A DNA stretch of 63,990 nt, filler included, from Hyphochytrium catenoides (lineage: Eukaryota; Protista; Hyphochytriomycota): assembly GCA_900088475.1 (NCBI GenBank). It is 10 parts of 10 records of this genome, joined end to end, with 100 filler letters (N's around TTAATTAATTAA, not from the genome) between each part and the next. Parts side by side here need not be neighbours in the genome. Positions count along the whole stretch, not along the records: positions 35,790 to 38,577 come from FLMG01002057.1; positions 38,678 to 52,897 come from FLMG01001675.1; 8 more parts are not named here. One strand, given 5' to 3'. Of this stretch, positions 35,807-49,500 are shown one piece after another. Position numbers and translations under genes: made by a program. The notes beneath the pieces were generated by a model. That model saw nothing but the letters and a program-made list of their open reading frames with translations, did no database searches and was not told the DNA's origin. The first letter of the stretch is position 1. Every line of letters starts with the position of its first letter.

Positions 35807-38467
35807 ATGAAGTATGGTTTCGCTTCAAAGACATGCCAGGACGGTACGATTGGCAATGAAGAAAGCAGCTGCCCTCTCCACCGCCTTGATTTTGGTCTAT
35901 CAAGTCCTGGAAAGAGGAATTCAGTTCGGTCAGAAACCGAGAAGAAGACCCAGGGTTCACACCAGTCTGCATCATCTTCCCAGAACGACAAGAGGAGTGG
36001 CGAAGAGGATAAAGTGTGTAACAAATGCCTCAACGTCTTCTACTTGTTTGAACTCATAAACACACGCTTTCTTCGGAGCGGACTTGATGATAGCACTGCT
36101 CTACCCTGCCTCAAGGACTGTCAGGAGAAAGCCTGGCTATTTCTGGGACATCGCCTGCGCGTAGAAAACCAGCAGCGAGCAATCCAGGCAGCGATCGACG
36201 ACATGAAATCCAGGTGCGAGCAAAATGCAGGAGCCAGCGATGAAGCTCTTGCAATAATCGACTTCAAGATGAAGGCAGAGCCATTGTACTATCGCGAGAA
36301 GACGGTGGATCACTATGGTAAACGTGGGATGAGTTGGCACGGGACAATGATTGAATACTTCAGCTTAGAAAGCAGAGATGAGACATCTCCTCCGGTCGTA
36401 GTGCCCAACAAAATTTACTACGACCATATCTCGGATAAAGACAACCGGCAAGATCGATGGGCTGTAATATCGCTTGTGGAGGCGATGCTGATGAGACTGA
36501 AGCAAGACCTACCGCAGATTCGGCGGCTGATAGTGCAAAGTGACAATGCCTCCTGCTATCAAAATACGTTACTCCCTCTCATTCTACCCGGTCTTGGTCA
36601 CGCCCATGGTATTGAGATAGTAAGATTCATCCACACAGAGACCCAGGATGGAAAGTCCGTCCTGGATGCACACTTTGCAAGAGCCAACAAGAAGACTCGT
36701 GAATGGTGCCGCCAAGGGAACAACTGCGTCACGCCCACGCAGCTGGTTACGGGCCTTACCGCAGATGGAGGCATCCCCAACACCGTAGCAGAGCTAATAG
36801 AGCACGACCGTGCCAGGCTTGAGAATCTACAGATGGAGATCGTGCCGATAGAGAAGGCGATAAAGAAGCTCCTTCTCCGCTGCAATGACATCCTTTTTTC
36901 CTACAAAGATAGCGCCGTTGGGGGTCATGGGCAACAACAGTTACAAAGGGCGAAGGAGAGCGCAGTCAATGGCCCTACCTACGCAGACTTTCCGGACTTC
37001 ACCCTCCATGCCTTCGAATACTCCGGAGTTGGAGATGGCGTCAAGATTGATGTGTCCCCAAGGCACGGCACTTGTTTACTTGTCTCTGGCGAGAAATCAG
37101 AGGGTGAAGTAGAGAACTACGAGAAGGAGGAGGATGACGAAGATGAGGCATTTGCCTCGCAGGAAGGCCTAGAGAACTCCCGTTCCACCAGCAGGCACGC
37201 AGGAACTATTGAGGCAGAGGACGACTCTTCATCTGAGGACGAAGATGACGAAGAAGTTGTTGCAGAAGAGGTTCGCGCCAGAGCCTTACAAGGCCGAGTC
37301 TCAGGGGTTCAAATCGTCACACAAGCCCAAATCAGGCGCAGACAAAGAAAGTGGAAGACGCGGTACCTGGTGGAAGAGAATAGCAGTAAAGGAAGTAGTT
37401 CACTTCCTTCCGCAGAGAGTCGAGACATGGTTACGTATGCCATGATCAAAGCGCTTGATTTGAGGTTGGCCGGCACACTAAACATAGTCGAAGCTAAAGA
37501 TCTTCTACGAGACAAAGGCGGCAGCGCCAACAACAACATTACTTTACCAGCTGGATATCGAATACCCTTCGACATTATTGAAGGATGGGCCAGGAGACCC
37601 AAACGCGGCCAAATGTATGGCGCTAGGTATATTCATCTTTATCGGGAAGAAGTGAGATTGATGTTTGATGCCGGAGAGGTGGATAAGGCAGTAAAGAGAG
37701 GTGCAGGACGAATGCTAGAAGAGTTGAAGAAGAAGTACCCTATGCGCTTCAACTTTCCGAGCGAGAATGAGATTCGTCAGGAAATAACCAAGCTCATGAG
37801 CGGTAAACGTGCCGCGGCTGCCAAAGCCGCTTCGGACACTATTATTAGAAACAGAGAAGTGACCAGAGCTCCGTCCTCAACCATGGAAGAAGAGCATTTA
37901 CAACCGCCGGCGCCGCAAGAAGGCCATCCTAAGGGATCAACAGAAAACAACAAGAGGGAAGAGCAGGAGGAGCAGTCAGCTGGGTTCACAGCAACAGGGC
38001 GCAAGCAGCAGGAAGCGCGCACGGGCTATACAAATGAAGATCATCGGAACAGCAGCCTTCAACCCTTACATTCCTTACAGCAACAACAGGCAACAATGGC
38101 AGAAGAAGACCGCCTGCCAGCACAAAAGAGATCTCGCAAGCCCTCTGTCAGAATGGGGCCTGCACATGCAGAATTTCTCAAGGCCCTGGTATCCAGTCAG
38201 CCAGATATCAAGCCAGCGGCGGCAGCAACAGCATTCTGGCAAAAGTATGGTCCTTCGCCAGCAGTCTTCTCGAAGCAGCAGTCTTCTTCGTCAACTTCTT
38301 CGCCTTCCATATCATTAGATACCAACAACCTCCAACTGCCCACAGATCAGCAGATCAGAGCAAAGGTTTCTAGTCTCAAGGCAAACTATTCTTCTGGGGG
38401 AGGAGGAAGAATAGAAAGGAAGAGAGCGAGGAGAGAATCCTTCCCGCATAATCGCACTCCTGAATAG
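35807..38467 (+). mobile_element. Uninterrupted DDD transposase-like ORF (886+ aa, open to the contig edge), Sola superfamily, probably Sola3-like
   Basis: IIDFKMK...YREKTVDHYGKRGMSWHG; QDRWAVISLVE; LIVQSDNASCYQN; FIHTETQDGKSVLDAHF; upstream C/H cluster (CPLH..CNKC..H); C-terminal GWARR..MFDAGE..K. No introns or microsatellites. Subgroup assignment is from memory. Confidence 0.7.
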
Positions 38468-38964
38468 GCGCTTCTTGACGTTCTCCTTCAGTCTTCGCTT
38501 CTTGAATCTTGACGATGATGTACTAGTGATGAGCCCTTAGCAGCAACGGACTAGAAGGATAACCTACTAATGAAGCANNNNNNNNNNNNNNNNNNNNNNN
38601 NNNNNNNNNNNNNNNNNNNNNTTAATTAATTAANNNNNNNNNNNNNNNNNNNNNNNNNNNNNNNNNNNNNNNNNNNNGAGAGAGAGAGAGAGAGCCGGAG
38701 GGAGCAAGTCCATAAGTGGGATTTTCTTCTCTTCAGATCCTCCAAGTTCTCTCTTGCTCTGACTCTCTCTTGCCTGTTCTCTGTCTCCTTTCTCTCTCTC
38801 TCTCCTTTCCTCTCACCTCGTACATACCTTCTCTTCTCTTTCTCTCGCTCCTCCAACTCTCGCTATCGTCTCTCTCTGCCCCGACTCTTTATCTCTTTTT
38901 AATCACTTCTTTATCTCTCCCTCTCACCAAGTCTGTCTTTTCTCTCTCTCTCCTACTTAAACAG

Positions 38965-39475
38965 CGATTGTACCAAAAGATGCCGCCTCCCATGGCGAAG
39001 GCTCTAAGAGAGAGGCAGAGAGGCTGCTGCTCCCTTCCAGAGAAGGACGAGGAAGAAGAAAAGAGAGAGAGAGAAAGGGAGAAAGAGGAGGATCACGTCC
39101 AAGCGGTGGGCTGGATGATTCTCTCTAGCGCCTGTCTTTCCCAGGGTGCCCAGGGCTTTTGGACGTTTGGCCCACACGTAAGAGATAACACGGAGCCTGC
39201 TTAGAGGATCTCTCTCTCTCTCTCTTTCTCTTCCCTTTTTCTCTCTCTCTCCTTTTTCTCTCCCTCTCTCTCTCCCTTTCTCTCTTAGCCTCTCTCCCTG
39301 TCGCTCTCGCCCTCATGCATTTCTCACTCTTCCCTTCTCAAGCTCCTTTTCTCTCTCTACTTAGTTAGGATGTCCCTTTATCAGTGCTGCCTTGGTTTCA
39401 GTCTTCTCTCTTTCTGACTCTTAACTCCCTAACATTACTCTTTCACCCAGTTATCTAAAATCTTGCATTCTCTCT

Positions 39476-39526
<51 letters not shown>

Positions 39527-40788
39527 CACTAGTTCTATATCGGTTTTGTTTGTGACGACTCTCTTTGTAGTCCTCATGTACATATCTCTTCTCTCTAGCA
39601 CTCTCTCTCTCTAACATTTCTTTTTTCCGTCATCTCTCTCTTGTTCTCTCTCTCTCTCCCTCGCTTGTGCAGCCTTCACTTACTCTAAGAAATTTTGAGG
39701 CTGGCGTGATGCTCTGGAGCACGAAAGAAAGATTTCTCTTTGCGTCGTCTTCTCCTCCCCAGCCCTCGGGAAGGGAGAGAGAAAGAGAAGTCTCTCCTTG
39801 CTGTTCTTGTCTCTCTCTCTCGTGCTCAATCTCTCTCCCGATTGAGATCCATCACACTGTCTTTCCTTATAGGCTCAAGAACTTGGTGCCGCACTCTGTC
39901 TCTCGCTCTCGCCCCTTCTTTCACGAGAGAGAAGATGAGAGACTTCACTTTTTCTCTTGGACAGGAAAGAGAAGAGAGGAAGCTTCAGCAGGAGAGAGAG
40001 AGGACGTAAGAGAAAAGAGTGCGGCCGTGCTATTATTGCCAAGAGAGAGAGAGAAAAATGAGAGAAACACACGGCGAGGAGGGAACAAGAGCAAGCAAGG
40101 CACTTGCCAGCAACAAGAGGGGACGAGAGAAGAAGAGACAGTCTCTCTCTCTCCTTCTCCCACTAAGGAGGCTGTCTCTCACTCTTCTTCCCCAAATGAT
40201 CAGAGAAGAAAGGGTCATGTCTATTCAACACCGATGGTGAAGAAAGAGAGAGAGACACCCACCGTCTCTTCTCTTCTTGATATGGGAACAGTGGCCATAA
40301 GCTCCCAGTCTTTCTCTCTCTCTCCTAGTCCCAACAGTAGGTTCAAAGAGAGAGAGCCAACCCTCTGTCTTCCAGCTAATAGCGAAAGAGAAGAGGCAAC
40401 ACTGGTAGGGGAGAGAAAGAGCAACACTCTCTCTCTTGCGCAGGAGAGGAGACCAGCAAAGGAAGACGTCTCTCTTGGAGAGAGAGAGAGAGAAAGAGAA
40501 ACAGTGAAGCGTCCCAAGCTCATTCGAGCGCACACTACTTCAGACTCTTTTTCTTCCGTTTCTCCTCCTTCTCTCTCCCGCAGTGGCTTCTCTTTCTCTA
40601 CTCTCTCCCTCTCCCAACGAGGAGAAAGAGAGAAGAGAGGAGAGAGAGAGAAAGGAGAGGTGGTCACGCGAGAGGCACTGAAGCTTTATTTATTGCAGAG
40701 ACTCTGCGCGGGCTGCAAGGCCTTCAAAGAGAACTGTCCGGGCTCCTGCTCTGCTCTCTCTCTCTCTTCCGGGCCAGCTACCTTATAA
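38965..40788 (+). CDS. Divergent tyrosyl-DNA phosphodiesterase 1 (TDP1)-like / PLD-fold protein, 3' exons
   Basis: Exon ~38965-39177 ends VGWMILSSACLSQGAQGFWTFGPH (cf. TDP1 W..lTSANLS.aAWG) and splices in phase 0 to 39673 PSLTLRNFEAGVMLW (cf. l.irNyELGVL), then VFPYRL..RPFF and a long low-complexity tail. Confidence 0.6.
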
Positions 40789-41733
40789 GGGAAGACCATC
40801 AGACAACAAGCAGGATCAAGGACAGGAAGAAACAGAGAGAGAAAGGGACCGGGTAAGAGGTAGGGAAGAGAGATGACGACTGAAGAGATGAAGGGGGAGA
40901 GAGAGAGAGAGAGAGAGAGAGAGAACCATCGGGTAAGGAGTGTGTGAGAAAGATGAGGATTGAATAGACGGAGAGAGAGAACGGAGAGAGAGAAATGGAG
41001 CCCACATCAGGAGCTGGAGAGCGGGAGTCCGGGCAAAGGGAAAAGCGATGATGAAGGGGAAGACGAAGAAGCTCTTTTCTTCTCTTTCTCTCTCTCTCTC
41101 TCTCTTCTTCAGCACTAAAAGCTTATTTATTAAATGGAAAGCATCCATGTGACGAAACAGATGAGGTAGAATGTGCTAAAGTCCTTGTTATATTATTGCA
41201 AACTATCCAAAGTAAGAGAGAGAGAGAAGAGGGTGACAACTAATGAGCGGCCATCAACAACTGGGTCCATCAGCTCGGAATCTCAATAGAGACACAGACG
41301 GAGAAAGAGAGAGAGAGAGAGAAACATAATTCTCTCATCTTCCGTCTCTCTCTCCTCTATATCAATCCAGAGAACATAAGCTGAGTATCCGCACAGTCGG
41401 AAGCACGTCTCAAAGCGAAAGAGTGAGCGAACAGAAGAAAGGGAAGAAGAGGAAAAGAAGAGAGGTACGACCTAAGCCCCGAAAAAGAGAGAAAAGAAGA
41501 GAAAGACGCTGCCTTCAATGAGACAAGAGACTGGAGAGAGAGAGAGAGAGACAACACAGAAAGAAAGGGAGAGATTCTTCTCCCTCCTGACTAACTGCCT
41601 GAAACGCCGACAAGGACTCGAGGGGTCCAACGCTTGACATAGAAAAGCAAATCAGCCAGGAAAGAGGGTAATACCCTTTCTCTTTCTCTCTCTCTCTCTC
41701 TCTTCATCGCTGTCTCTCCTTCTATCAGCTTGT

Positions 41734-43010
41734 TTACTTGTTCTCCGCGTTGTCCTCGTCCATGTTGTCCTGGTCCGAGGTCCAGAGGGTCAGATTGTCC
41801 CTCAGCAGCTGCATAATCAGCGTGCTATCCTTGTAGCTCTCTTCACTGAGCGTGTCGAGCTCTGCAATCGCGTCATCGAAGGCCTGCTTGGCCAGCTGGC
41901 ACGCTCTCTCTGGAGAGTTGAGGATTTCATAGTAAAAGACAGAGAAGTTGAGCGCCAGACCGAGGCGAATCGGGTGAGTTGGCGGCAGATTGGCGTTGGC
42001 GATCTGAGAAGCTTGCTTGTAAGCCTCAAGAGCAGCCTCAGCGCTCTTCTTCCGGGACTCTTCCACCTGGAGAGAGATTTTATGAAGAGAGAGAGAGAGA
42101 GAAAGAGAGAGGTTGAGTTTCTGTTAGGGACGAAGCTGAGCGCTAGGCGGGGGCTTAGCGCACCGAGAGAGAGACAACTCAATAAAGAGACAAGCACATG
42201 AGCGTCACAGAGAGACCCAGAGACAGAGAGAGAAAACAAGACAGAGAGAGGATAAAAAAATTGAGACAAGCACATGAATGTAGGAGAGAGACCAAGAGAG
42301 AGAGAACAAACAAGAGAGAGACTGACCTGGAACTCAGCAAGGTAGCGATGGTAGTCTCCCTTCATCTTATAGAAGAAGACCTTGCCCTCATCGGAGCTGG
42401 AGTTAGGGATGAGCGTCGTGTCAATAATCTTCAGAATGTCCGTGCAGATGTCAATGAGCTCTTTCTCAATCTTCGCCAGATATTCCTTGATATATTCCTG
42501 CTTGTCGCTGTCTCCGCGCTGGAGAATGGAAGAGATGACGCGCCAGGAGGCGCGGCGCGCGCCGACGACGTTCTTATACGCGACGGAGAGAAGGTTTCTC
42601 TCCTCTACCGAGAGCTCCATTCCTTGGTTGGCGACCGCCTTCATGTGGTCAACCATCTCATCATATCTATAACACATGAAGAGAAAGGAGAGACAAGGAA
42701 AGACAGAGAGAAAGAGCGAGAGAGACAGAGAGAGACAAAGCGAGAGAGGGTCAGGTGCAAAGTCAACGGGCGTGTACAGACAAAGGCAGGCAAACGCAAT
42801 TGTGGAAAAAAGCATGTGGGAGAGAACAAAGAGAATGAGATACCGTCTACCGAGGAGGACGCCTTACGTCAAAGAGAGAGAACGAAAAGAGAGAGAGAAG
42901 AGCGCAAGAAGAGGACACTGGGGTTTGAGTCCGGCATCACGGAGTACGTTTCCTTACCTCTCTGCCTGCTCGGAGAGCTTAGCAAGGTAAACCAGTGATT
43001 CTCTGTCCAT
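41734..43010 (-). CDS. 14-3-3: 14-3-3 protein, complete (241 aa, 3 exons)
   Basis: Exons 42958-43010, 42327-42666, 41734-42066 (726 nt): [106 protein letters not shown]. Confidence 0.98.
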
Positions 43011-43470
43011 GTTTCCTAGAAGTCTCTTCTCTTTCAATCTTCAAATCTCTGGAAATCTGTCTCTGCAGCGGCGTTGGGTTGGACGGCGTCTCGATGGGAA
43101 AAAGTGATAATGTGTGAACCGTGCTATCGTCCTGAAGCTTGAGTCTCTGCTGGGAGGCTCAGCTTTTCCTCTCTTCTCTCTTCCCTTGCGACGAGCTCCT
43201 GGGTGAGAGAGAGGCAGTGTTTCTCTCTTTCTTTCTCTCACTCTCTTTTCTCTCTTTCTCTCTCTCTCTCTATTTCTTTCTCCCTTTCTCTCAATCTCCT
43301 CTCTCTCTCTCTAGTTTTTCTCCCTTTCTGCTTATCGGTTTTTGTCTCCTTTCTCTCTGTCTCGCAACATTTTTTCTCTTTCTGTCTGATGTTCTTACTC
43401 TTCTCCTTGTTATGACGTATGTCTCTGCCTCTCTCTCGCATCTCTCTCTCTCTTTCTCTTTCTCTCTCTT

Positions 43471-43504
<34 letters not shown>

Positions 43505-44287
43505 CCTCTCGATCCTAACTTTTCTGTTGATAATTTGCGGTGGTTGCTCCAACCTTCCTTTAAGGGCCAATAGCCTTGCAGTCTTTGAACGTCAAGCCTC
43601 TTAACCTCCTTTTACGGGTCAGAGCGTTCCCAGGGGAAGATCCTGTCCAGGGACCGCTGACGCCAGGGCGGGTGGGCGAGCCTGTGGGAAAGTGGAGGTA
43701 TCGTGTTTAGTTTGAGATGAAGGCGGGTGGGGGCATGGGTAGGCTGATTGGGCCAACTGCTACCGATCTTCAAAATGTGTGTCACAGGCTGACAAAATGG
43801 CAAGGTTAACCCCTAGAGGAGAAAGAGAAAGACCACGCTTTTAGGCGGTTGATTTAGAGGCGTAAAATTGAGGGTAATTTAGAACCTGAACGACTTACAT
43901 ATTTTATTTCAAATCACAGATATGTTGTTTCCGAATATAGGCGGGCTTGTCATTATTTTGCTCGAGTTGGTGACTGTTTCCTCATCAATTCTGAACCTAT
44001 TCCGCCCCAAAATATTTTGTAGATCTGGTGTAGGTCTAAACTTTTATTGTTTCTTATGAAGCGCTAGCACAAAAGACAGAGCTTTATAGTACGGGTTCCC
44101 CTAAATTGAATTTTTGTTTCATAGATCATTTGGTCTTTTTACGGCTTCTTGATCCCAAGATATGCCGCCTGGGTAAGCTAGAGTATAAAGATTGAGGAAG
44201 GGCCTTAGTTTTTATTCGCAAGGACGGAGAAGTGGAAGGAGGGAGACAAAGACACGGAGAGAGTGGTGAGGGAGGGAGAGGGAAGAA

Positions 44288-44334
<47 letters not shown>

Positions 44335-45934
44335 AGAAAGAGAGAGAAAGAGAGGGAGAGAGAGAGACGAAGGGGAGAATCAAAGCAGAGAAGAAAAGGA
44401 TTGAGCAGCATGTGAGGAGAGGGAGAAGAACCGATGAGGAAAGGGAGGGAGGGGAGGAAAAAGGAAAGAGCGAGAGAGAGCGTGAGAGAGGGAGAGAGAG
44501 ATAAAAGGAGGGGAGAGACACAGAGAGAGACAGAGAGGGACAGAGAGACAAAGAGACAGAGAGGCGGAGACGACGACAGAGACTGGGTGTTGGACAGCAG
44601 CAGCAGGGAAGTCAAGCAACAACATCATCATCATCAGTTATTTAGTAGGGAGGAACAACAGAGCTCTTCTCTTCTTCTCCCTCCTCCTCTTCTTCTTCTT
44701 CTTCTTCTTCTTTCTTCAATCGTTCTTCTTTGCAGCGGCTTCTCTTCTTCTTTTCTTTTTCTCTTCCTCTTCTCGTCGTCCATTTGCTTCTTCCTCACCA
44801 CCTTCTTCGTTCGTCGCCGTCGTCTTCTTCTTTCTCTCCCTCTTCTCCTCCAGTGTCTATTTTCTCCTCTGTTTCTTCTCCTTCTACTTCTTCCGTCGTT
44901 TTCCAGTTGGTCTCTTCTTCCTCTTCTTCTTCTTCTTCCTGGTCTCTCCCTCTGCTGCTCCAGCTTGTTCTTTTTTTTTTCTCTTTTTTTTTTCTTCTCC
45001 TTTTACTTCTTATGTCTTTTTCCTGCTGGTCTCTTCTTCTTGCTCTTCTTCTCCTTCTTCTTTTATCCTCAGCATGATGAAAACAGAAGCAACGAGAGAA
45101 GCAAGAAGGGAAGGAGGATGGAGGGACAGATTTTGAGAAAAGAGAAGTGATAATAGGCCCGAGAAGAGAAAGAAGAAGAAAGTAGGACGTAAAGCCCGCA
45201 CTACAGCTCAGGTGAGACGATTATTAGAAGTGAAGAAGGGAGATAAGAGAGATAATAATGCAGAGGGAGAGCAGCAGGGGACCACACTGTTGGGGTGAAG
45301 AAGAAGAAGGGCGAAAGCGGAGAATAATGGCCAGTTGACAAAGCAGCAAAAGAGAGAAAGGAACAAGAAAAGAGGTGCGTGCGACGAGGGAGAGAGAGAG
45401 AGATAAGGATAAGGAAGAAATGGTGATGAGAGAGAGAGGACGAGAGGACCACCCTAGAGGAGAGGAGGAGAGCGAGAGAGAGAGAGGAGGGCGAAAGAAG
45501 AGAGAGGAGAGAGGGTGGTGAAAGAAGAGGAGGAGAAGAGAGGAGAAAGAAGAAGAAGGACTACTCCAGAGAGAAGAGAAAGCGCGAAAGACGAAGAGAG
45601 AAAGGCGGCCGAAAGAAAGACAAAGGACGGCAAAAGAGAGGGTGAGAAAAAGAAGGGGAAACAGTAGAAAAGGAAGACAAAAAGAGAAGGAGAGAGAAGG
45701 CTGGAGAAAGTAGAACTATGATGAAGAATGAAGGGTGGCGAAAGAAGATAATCAGATGAAGGAGAAGAGGAGGGAGGATGAAGCAGGGACAGGTAAGGTG
45801 AGGTCGCCGTTAACGACTACCACTGTGCTCCTTTGTTAGCCTTGAGTGCTGGTAACAGTAACTCTCAAGAGGGGATAGTGTAGCGTTAAAGGGCCGTTAC
45901 CGGCTATCTGAAGGTGGAATGTTCTGCTGCCATC

Positions 45935-45984
<50 letters not shown>

Positions 45985-46521
45985 CTCTCTTTTGGTACTT
46001 TCTTCGGCCTCCCTTCACCTCTTTCCTATCTCTCCTCTTTTACTCTTTTTCTCTCTCTTGCTTCGTACCAGTCTCCTGCTTGAAAGAAGCAAGGTCTCGG
46101 AAGGAAGCAGCAGCACCTGGAGAGATTCCCCATCATTGCATCATCAATCCCCATGCAGAGTTCTTTCTTCTCCGCTGGTTCTCTTCTGATTCATCAGAGT
46201 CTGGGCGTTTTGGTGGCCTGCACCGTTCTATCTCCCCTCTCCCTCTCCTCTCTCCCTCCCTCTCTCTCTCTTTGTTCTCTTCTCCTCAACAAGATATTAA
46301 ACAGTAGGAGAGCGGAGGACTGGGAGAAGGACGAAGAAACATAACCGTCACGTAGAAGAAGTTAGACGAACAGAGAAAAAGGAGGGAGAGCGAGAGAGAG
46401 AGAGAGAGAGGACAAAGAGAACGACAGCGGGAGAAAGAGAGGAGAGAGCCGNNNNNNNNNNNNNNNNNNNNNNNNNNNNNNNNNNNNNNNNNNNNNNNNN
46501 NNNNNNNNNNNNNNNNNNNNN

Positions 46522-49500
46522 ACTATCCTCTCTCCTCTTGGCCGCACTCTAGAGGGCGGAAGCTCCTGCGGCGGCTGAGAGACAGTGCGGAGGGGAGAAT
46601 TCTTAGGGTGACGGGGACAACTGGGCATCTTGCCATCCAGTTCCACATACCAGATAGAGAGGAAGAGGACCAAGAGAGCGAGAGAACCTCTCTTTTCTCT
46701 TCTTCGTCTCTTTCTTCCTCTTCGTCGGGCCTCTTTGTCATTGATGCGACAGCAGAGGAGAGAGAACTGCAAGAAGATGAAGAGACTTTCATCCTGAGCT
46801 TATCTTCTTCGTCCTTCTCTCCTCTTTCTCTCTCTTTCGAACAGCCTCTTCTCTCTTATTCTCTCCGATCGCCTCTGGTCCAGGTCCAGTTCCTAACATT
46901 AGGAGAGAGACTCAGACTCTTCCTCGTGCAGGAAGATGGGAATGTGGACCTGTGGACCTGGGAGAGAGAGAGAGAGAGATGGCTCCTCACCTTTTCTTTC
47001 TCTCTCTTAGAGAGCAGCGGAGAAGAGAGAGATCAAGAAAGAGAGCGTCTTCTTGCTATTGTCATGGGCGAATATACAGGCAAGCTGTTCTATGTGAAAG
47101 GGAAAGGAGAGAGAGAGAAAGAGACAGGAAAAGAGAAACAAGAAGAGTGGTTTCTCTGCATGAGGGAGGTCCAAGTTGAATCAGAAGGTAAGCCGCCTTC
47201 ATTAGGGACCTTAAGCTGCCGCTCTCTCTCTCTCTCTCCTCCTCACTTCCCCCTCTCTCACTCTCTTTTCTCTCATTCTCTTGTCTGCTCGTGTCTGGCT
47301 TCACTGTCAAGCCTGGCATTCTTCTCGCTCTCTCTCTCTTGCTTTTTTTATTGTGTCTCCTCTTTTCCTCCTTCCCTCACTCCGCCCTCAGCACTGCCAC
47401 CTGTTCTCTCCTCATGTGTCTCTTTCTCTTTTTCTCACTTTAGCCGCTTCTGCGCAGCTGTCCCCTCTTTAGCTCCCACCTTTCCCTGGTTGACCACCTT
47501 TATTCTCTCTCTTTCTCTCTCTCTTTCTCTCTCTTGCTCTCTCTCTCTTTCTCTCTCTGATCGTGCAGAAGGGCTTATAGTCGGTCCTGCCATCGAGACA
47601 GAGACCTGCGAGGTGCCTGCCCTCTTTGCAGGAGAGAGTCAGGCAGCAGGAAAGAGAGAGAGAGAGACCCAGTGCTGGGCCGTCTTCAAAGAGAGAGCCG
47701 TGTCTTTCTTTTTGGAGGGAGGAAGTGCTGAGGTCATTTTCACTGAAAAGGAAGAGGAGAGAGAGAGAAGGACACCAGTTCTCTCTTTTGTAGATACGGA
47801 GAGAATGGAATTATATCTTCTGGATGTGAAGGGAAGAGTAAAAAGAGTCAGAGGAAGAACACCTCTCTCTCTCTTTTCCGAGGTTCTCTGCACTCTTTCT
47901 GGCGCCGAGGATCTGTTTAAGGAAGAGAGAGAAAGAGAGAACGATGTCGAGTTCTTTGTCTGGTTTCCTTTCCTGCTTCTCAAGAGAGAGAGCTCTCTCT
48001 CCCTCTTTTCTCTCCAAGACGGGAAGCCCTTGGGAGAGGCTAATATTGTGCAAAGAGAGAAGAAGGGTTCGAGAGAGAGAGCGGGGGCAGACAAGGCGCT
48101 TTTCTCTTTCTGGCGAACGGCCGTGAAGCTTTCACCCTGCGGCCTTTTCTCCTCCTCTAGGTTACTCGGGATAGTGCCCTCGGTCTCTCTTTCTTCTCTC
48201 TCTTCTTCTCTCTCCTCTTCATGTCCGGGAACGGCCTTTCAAGAGCTGCTGCAGTTGTATGAGCGCGTCCCTTCTCTCTCTCCCGCTCTTTCTCCCTCTT
48301 CCTCAGCAATTTTTGGAGCCATCGGCCCCACACTGACGTCTTCTCTCCATAATCCCCTTCTCTCCTCTCTCATTGCCCTAGATGAGGCGGGAGAGGAGAG
48401 AGAAGAGATGGTGAGAGAGAGCGCTTTTACTCTCTCTCCTCTTCTTCTCGATAGTCTTCCCTCTCTGGCAGCTTGGGCTCAAAGCTATTTAGCTTGTTCC
48501 TCCTCTCCTCTGGCATTGGAGGAGGAAGAGCAAAGAGAGAGAGGAAAGTCGGCCGACCCTACTTCTCTCTTATCTCTTTCTCTGTCTAATAGTGTTACTC
48601 TACCTGTTCTCTCCCCAGAGCTAGTGGAGCGAGCATTGGGGGAGGAAGACAATTCTCTCTCTCTCCTTCGGACCCTAGAGCTTCTACTCTTGGGGACCTC
48701 TCTTCCTCCTTCTCTTCCTCACTCTCAGCAGATTCGCATGTTTCCCAGCCATATACTCTTTGGGCTGGACAGAGAGAGGGAGCTATTCGGAGAGATGGGA
48801 AGAGAGAAAGGCGAGTCTCTCTCTCTATTGGCGAGAGAGAAAGAGGAAAAAGGGAACGAGAGACGGGAGGACTCTTCTCTCTTTTTCGAGCTCCTCTGTG
48901 TTCTTCTCTTCCGGCACAAGCCACTCATTCTGCCTCCAGTGGTAAGGTTTCTAGAAGAGAATACTCCCTGTTTCATGGGAGAGAGAGAAGAAGACGATGG
49001 ATTCCTTTCACGCGCTTTGGCGATTCTCTCTTCTTCTGCCTACGTGAGAGGAGAAAGAGCGTGGCCCAAGGAAGCGCTTGAAGCGTATATTCAATTGATG
49101 AAGAGCGCGGGAAAGGACTCGGAACTGGTGGGAACAGGATCAATCTCTCTCTCTTTCTCTTTCATCATCTTCCTCTCTCTCGGCGTAACATCTTTTGGGT
49201 TTTCTCTCTTCCACCTTACGCTTGTGCCCTTGGCCGTAGGCCTCTGTCCTTCTCTCGCATGTCTTTCCTCTTGCAGCTTTTAACTACTCTCTCTCGCTAT
49301 CACTCTCTCGCTATCTATCTATCACTCTCTCTCCCTCACTGTGTCTCTCTCCACAAATTCCCTCTCCTACAGATCCATTACCTTCTCTCGCTCGGTCATT
49401 TCCAGCAAGCTGTGGATGTTTTCCTAGATCCTATCGTAGATCATCCTTTAACCGAACAGGCAGAAAGAGAGAAGAGAGAGAGAGAAAGAGTGGCGCAGCT

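Noticed and set aside
42198-42998. 266-aa plus-strand ORF
   Set aside because: Antisense shadow of the 14-3-3 exon and introns.
43601-43809. TTAA-flanked piggyBac-like MITE
   Set aside because: Only a 7-bp inverted match including the TTAA; expected by chance.
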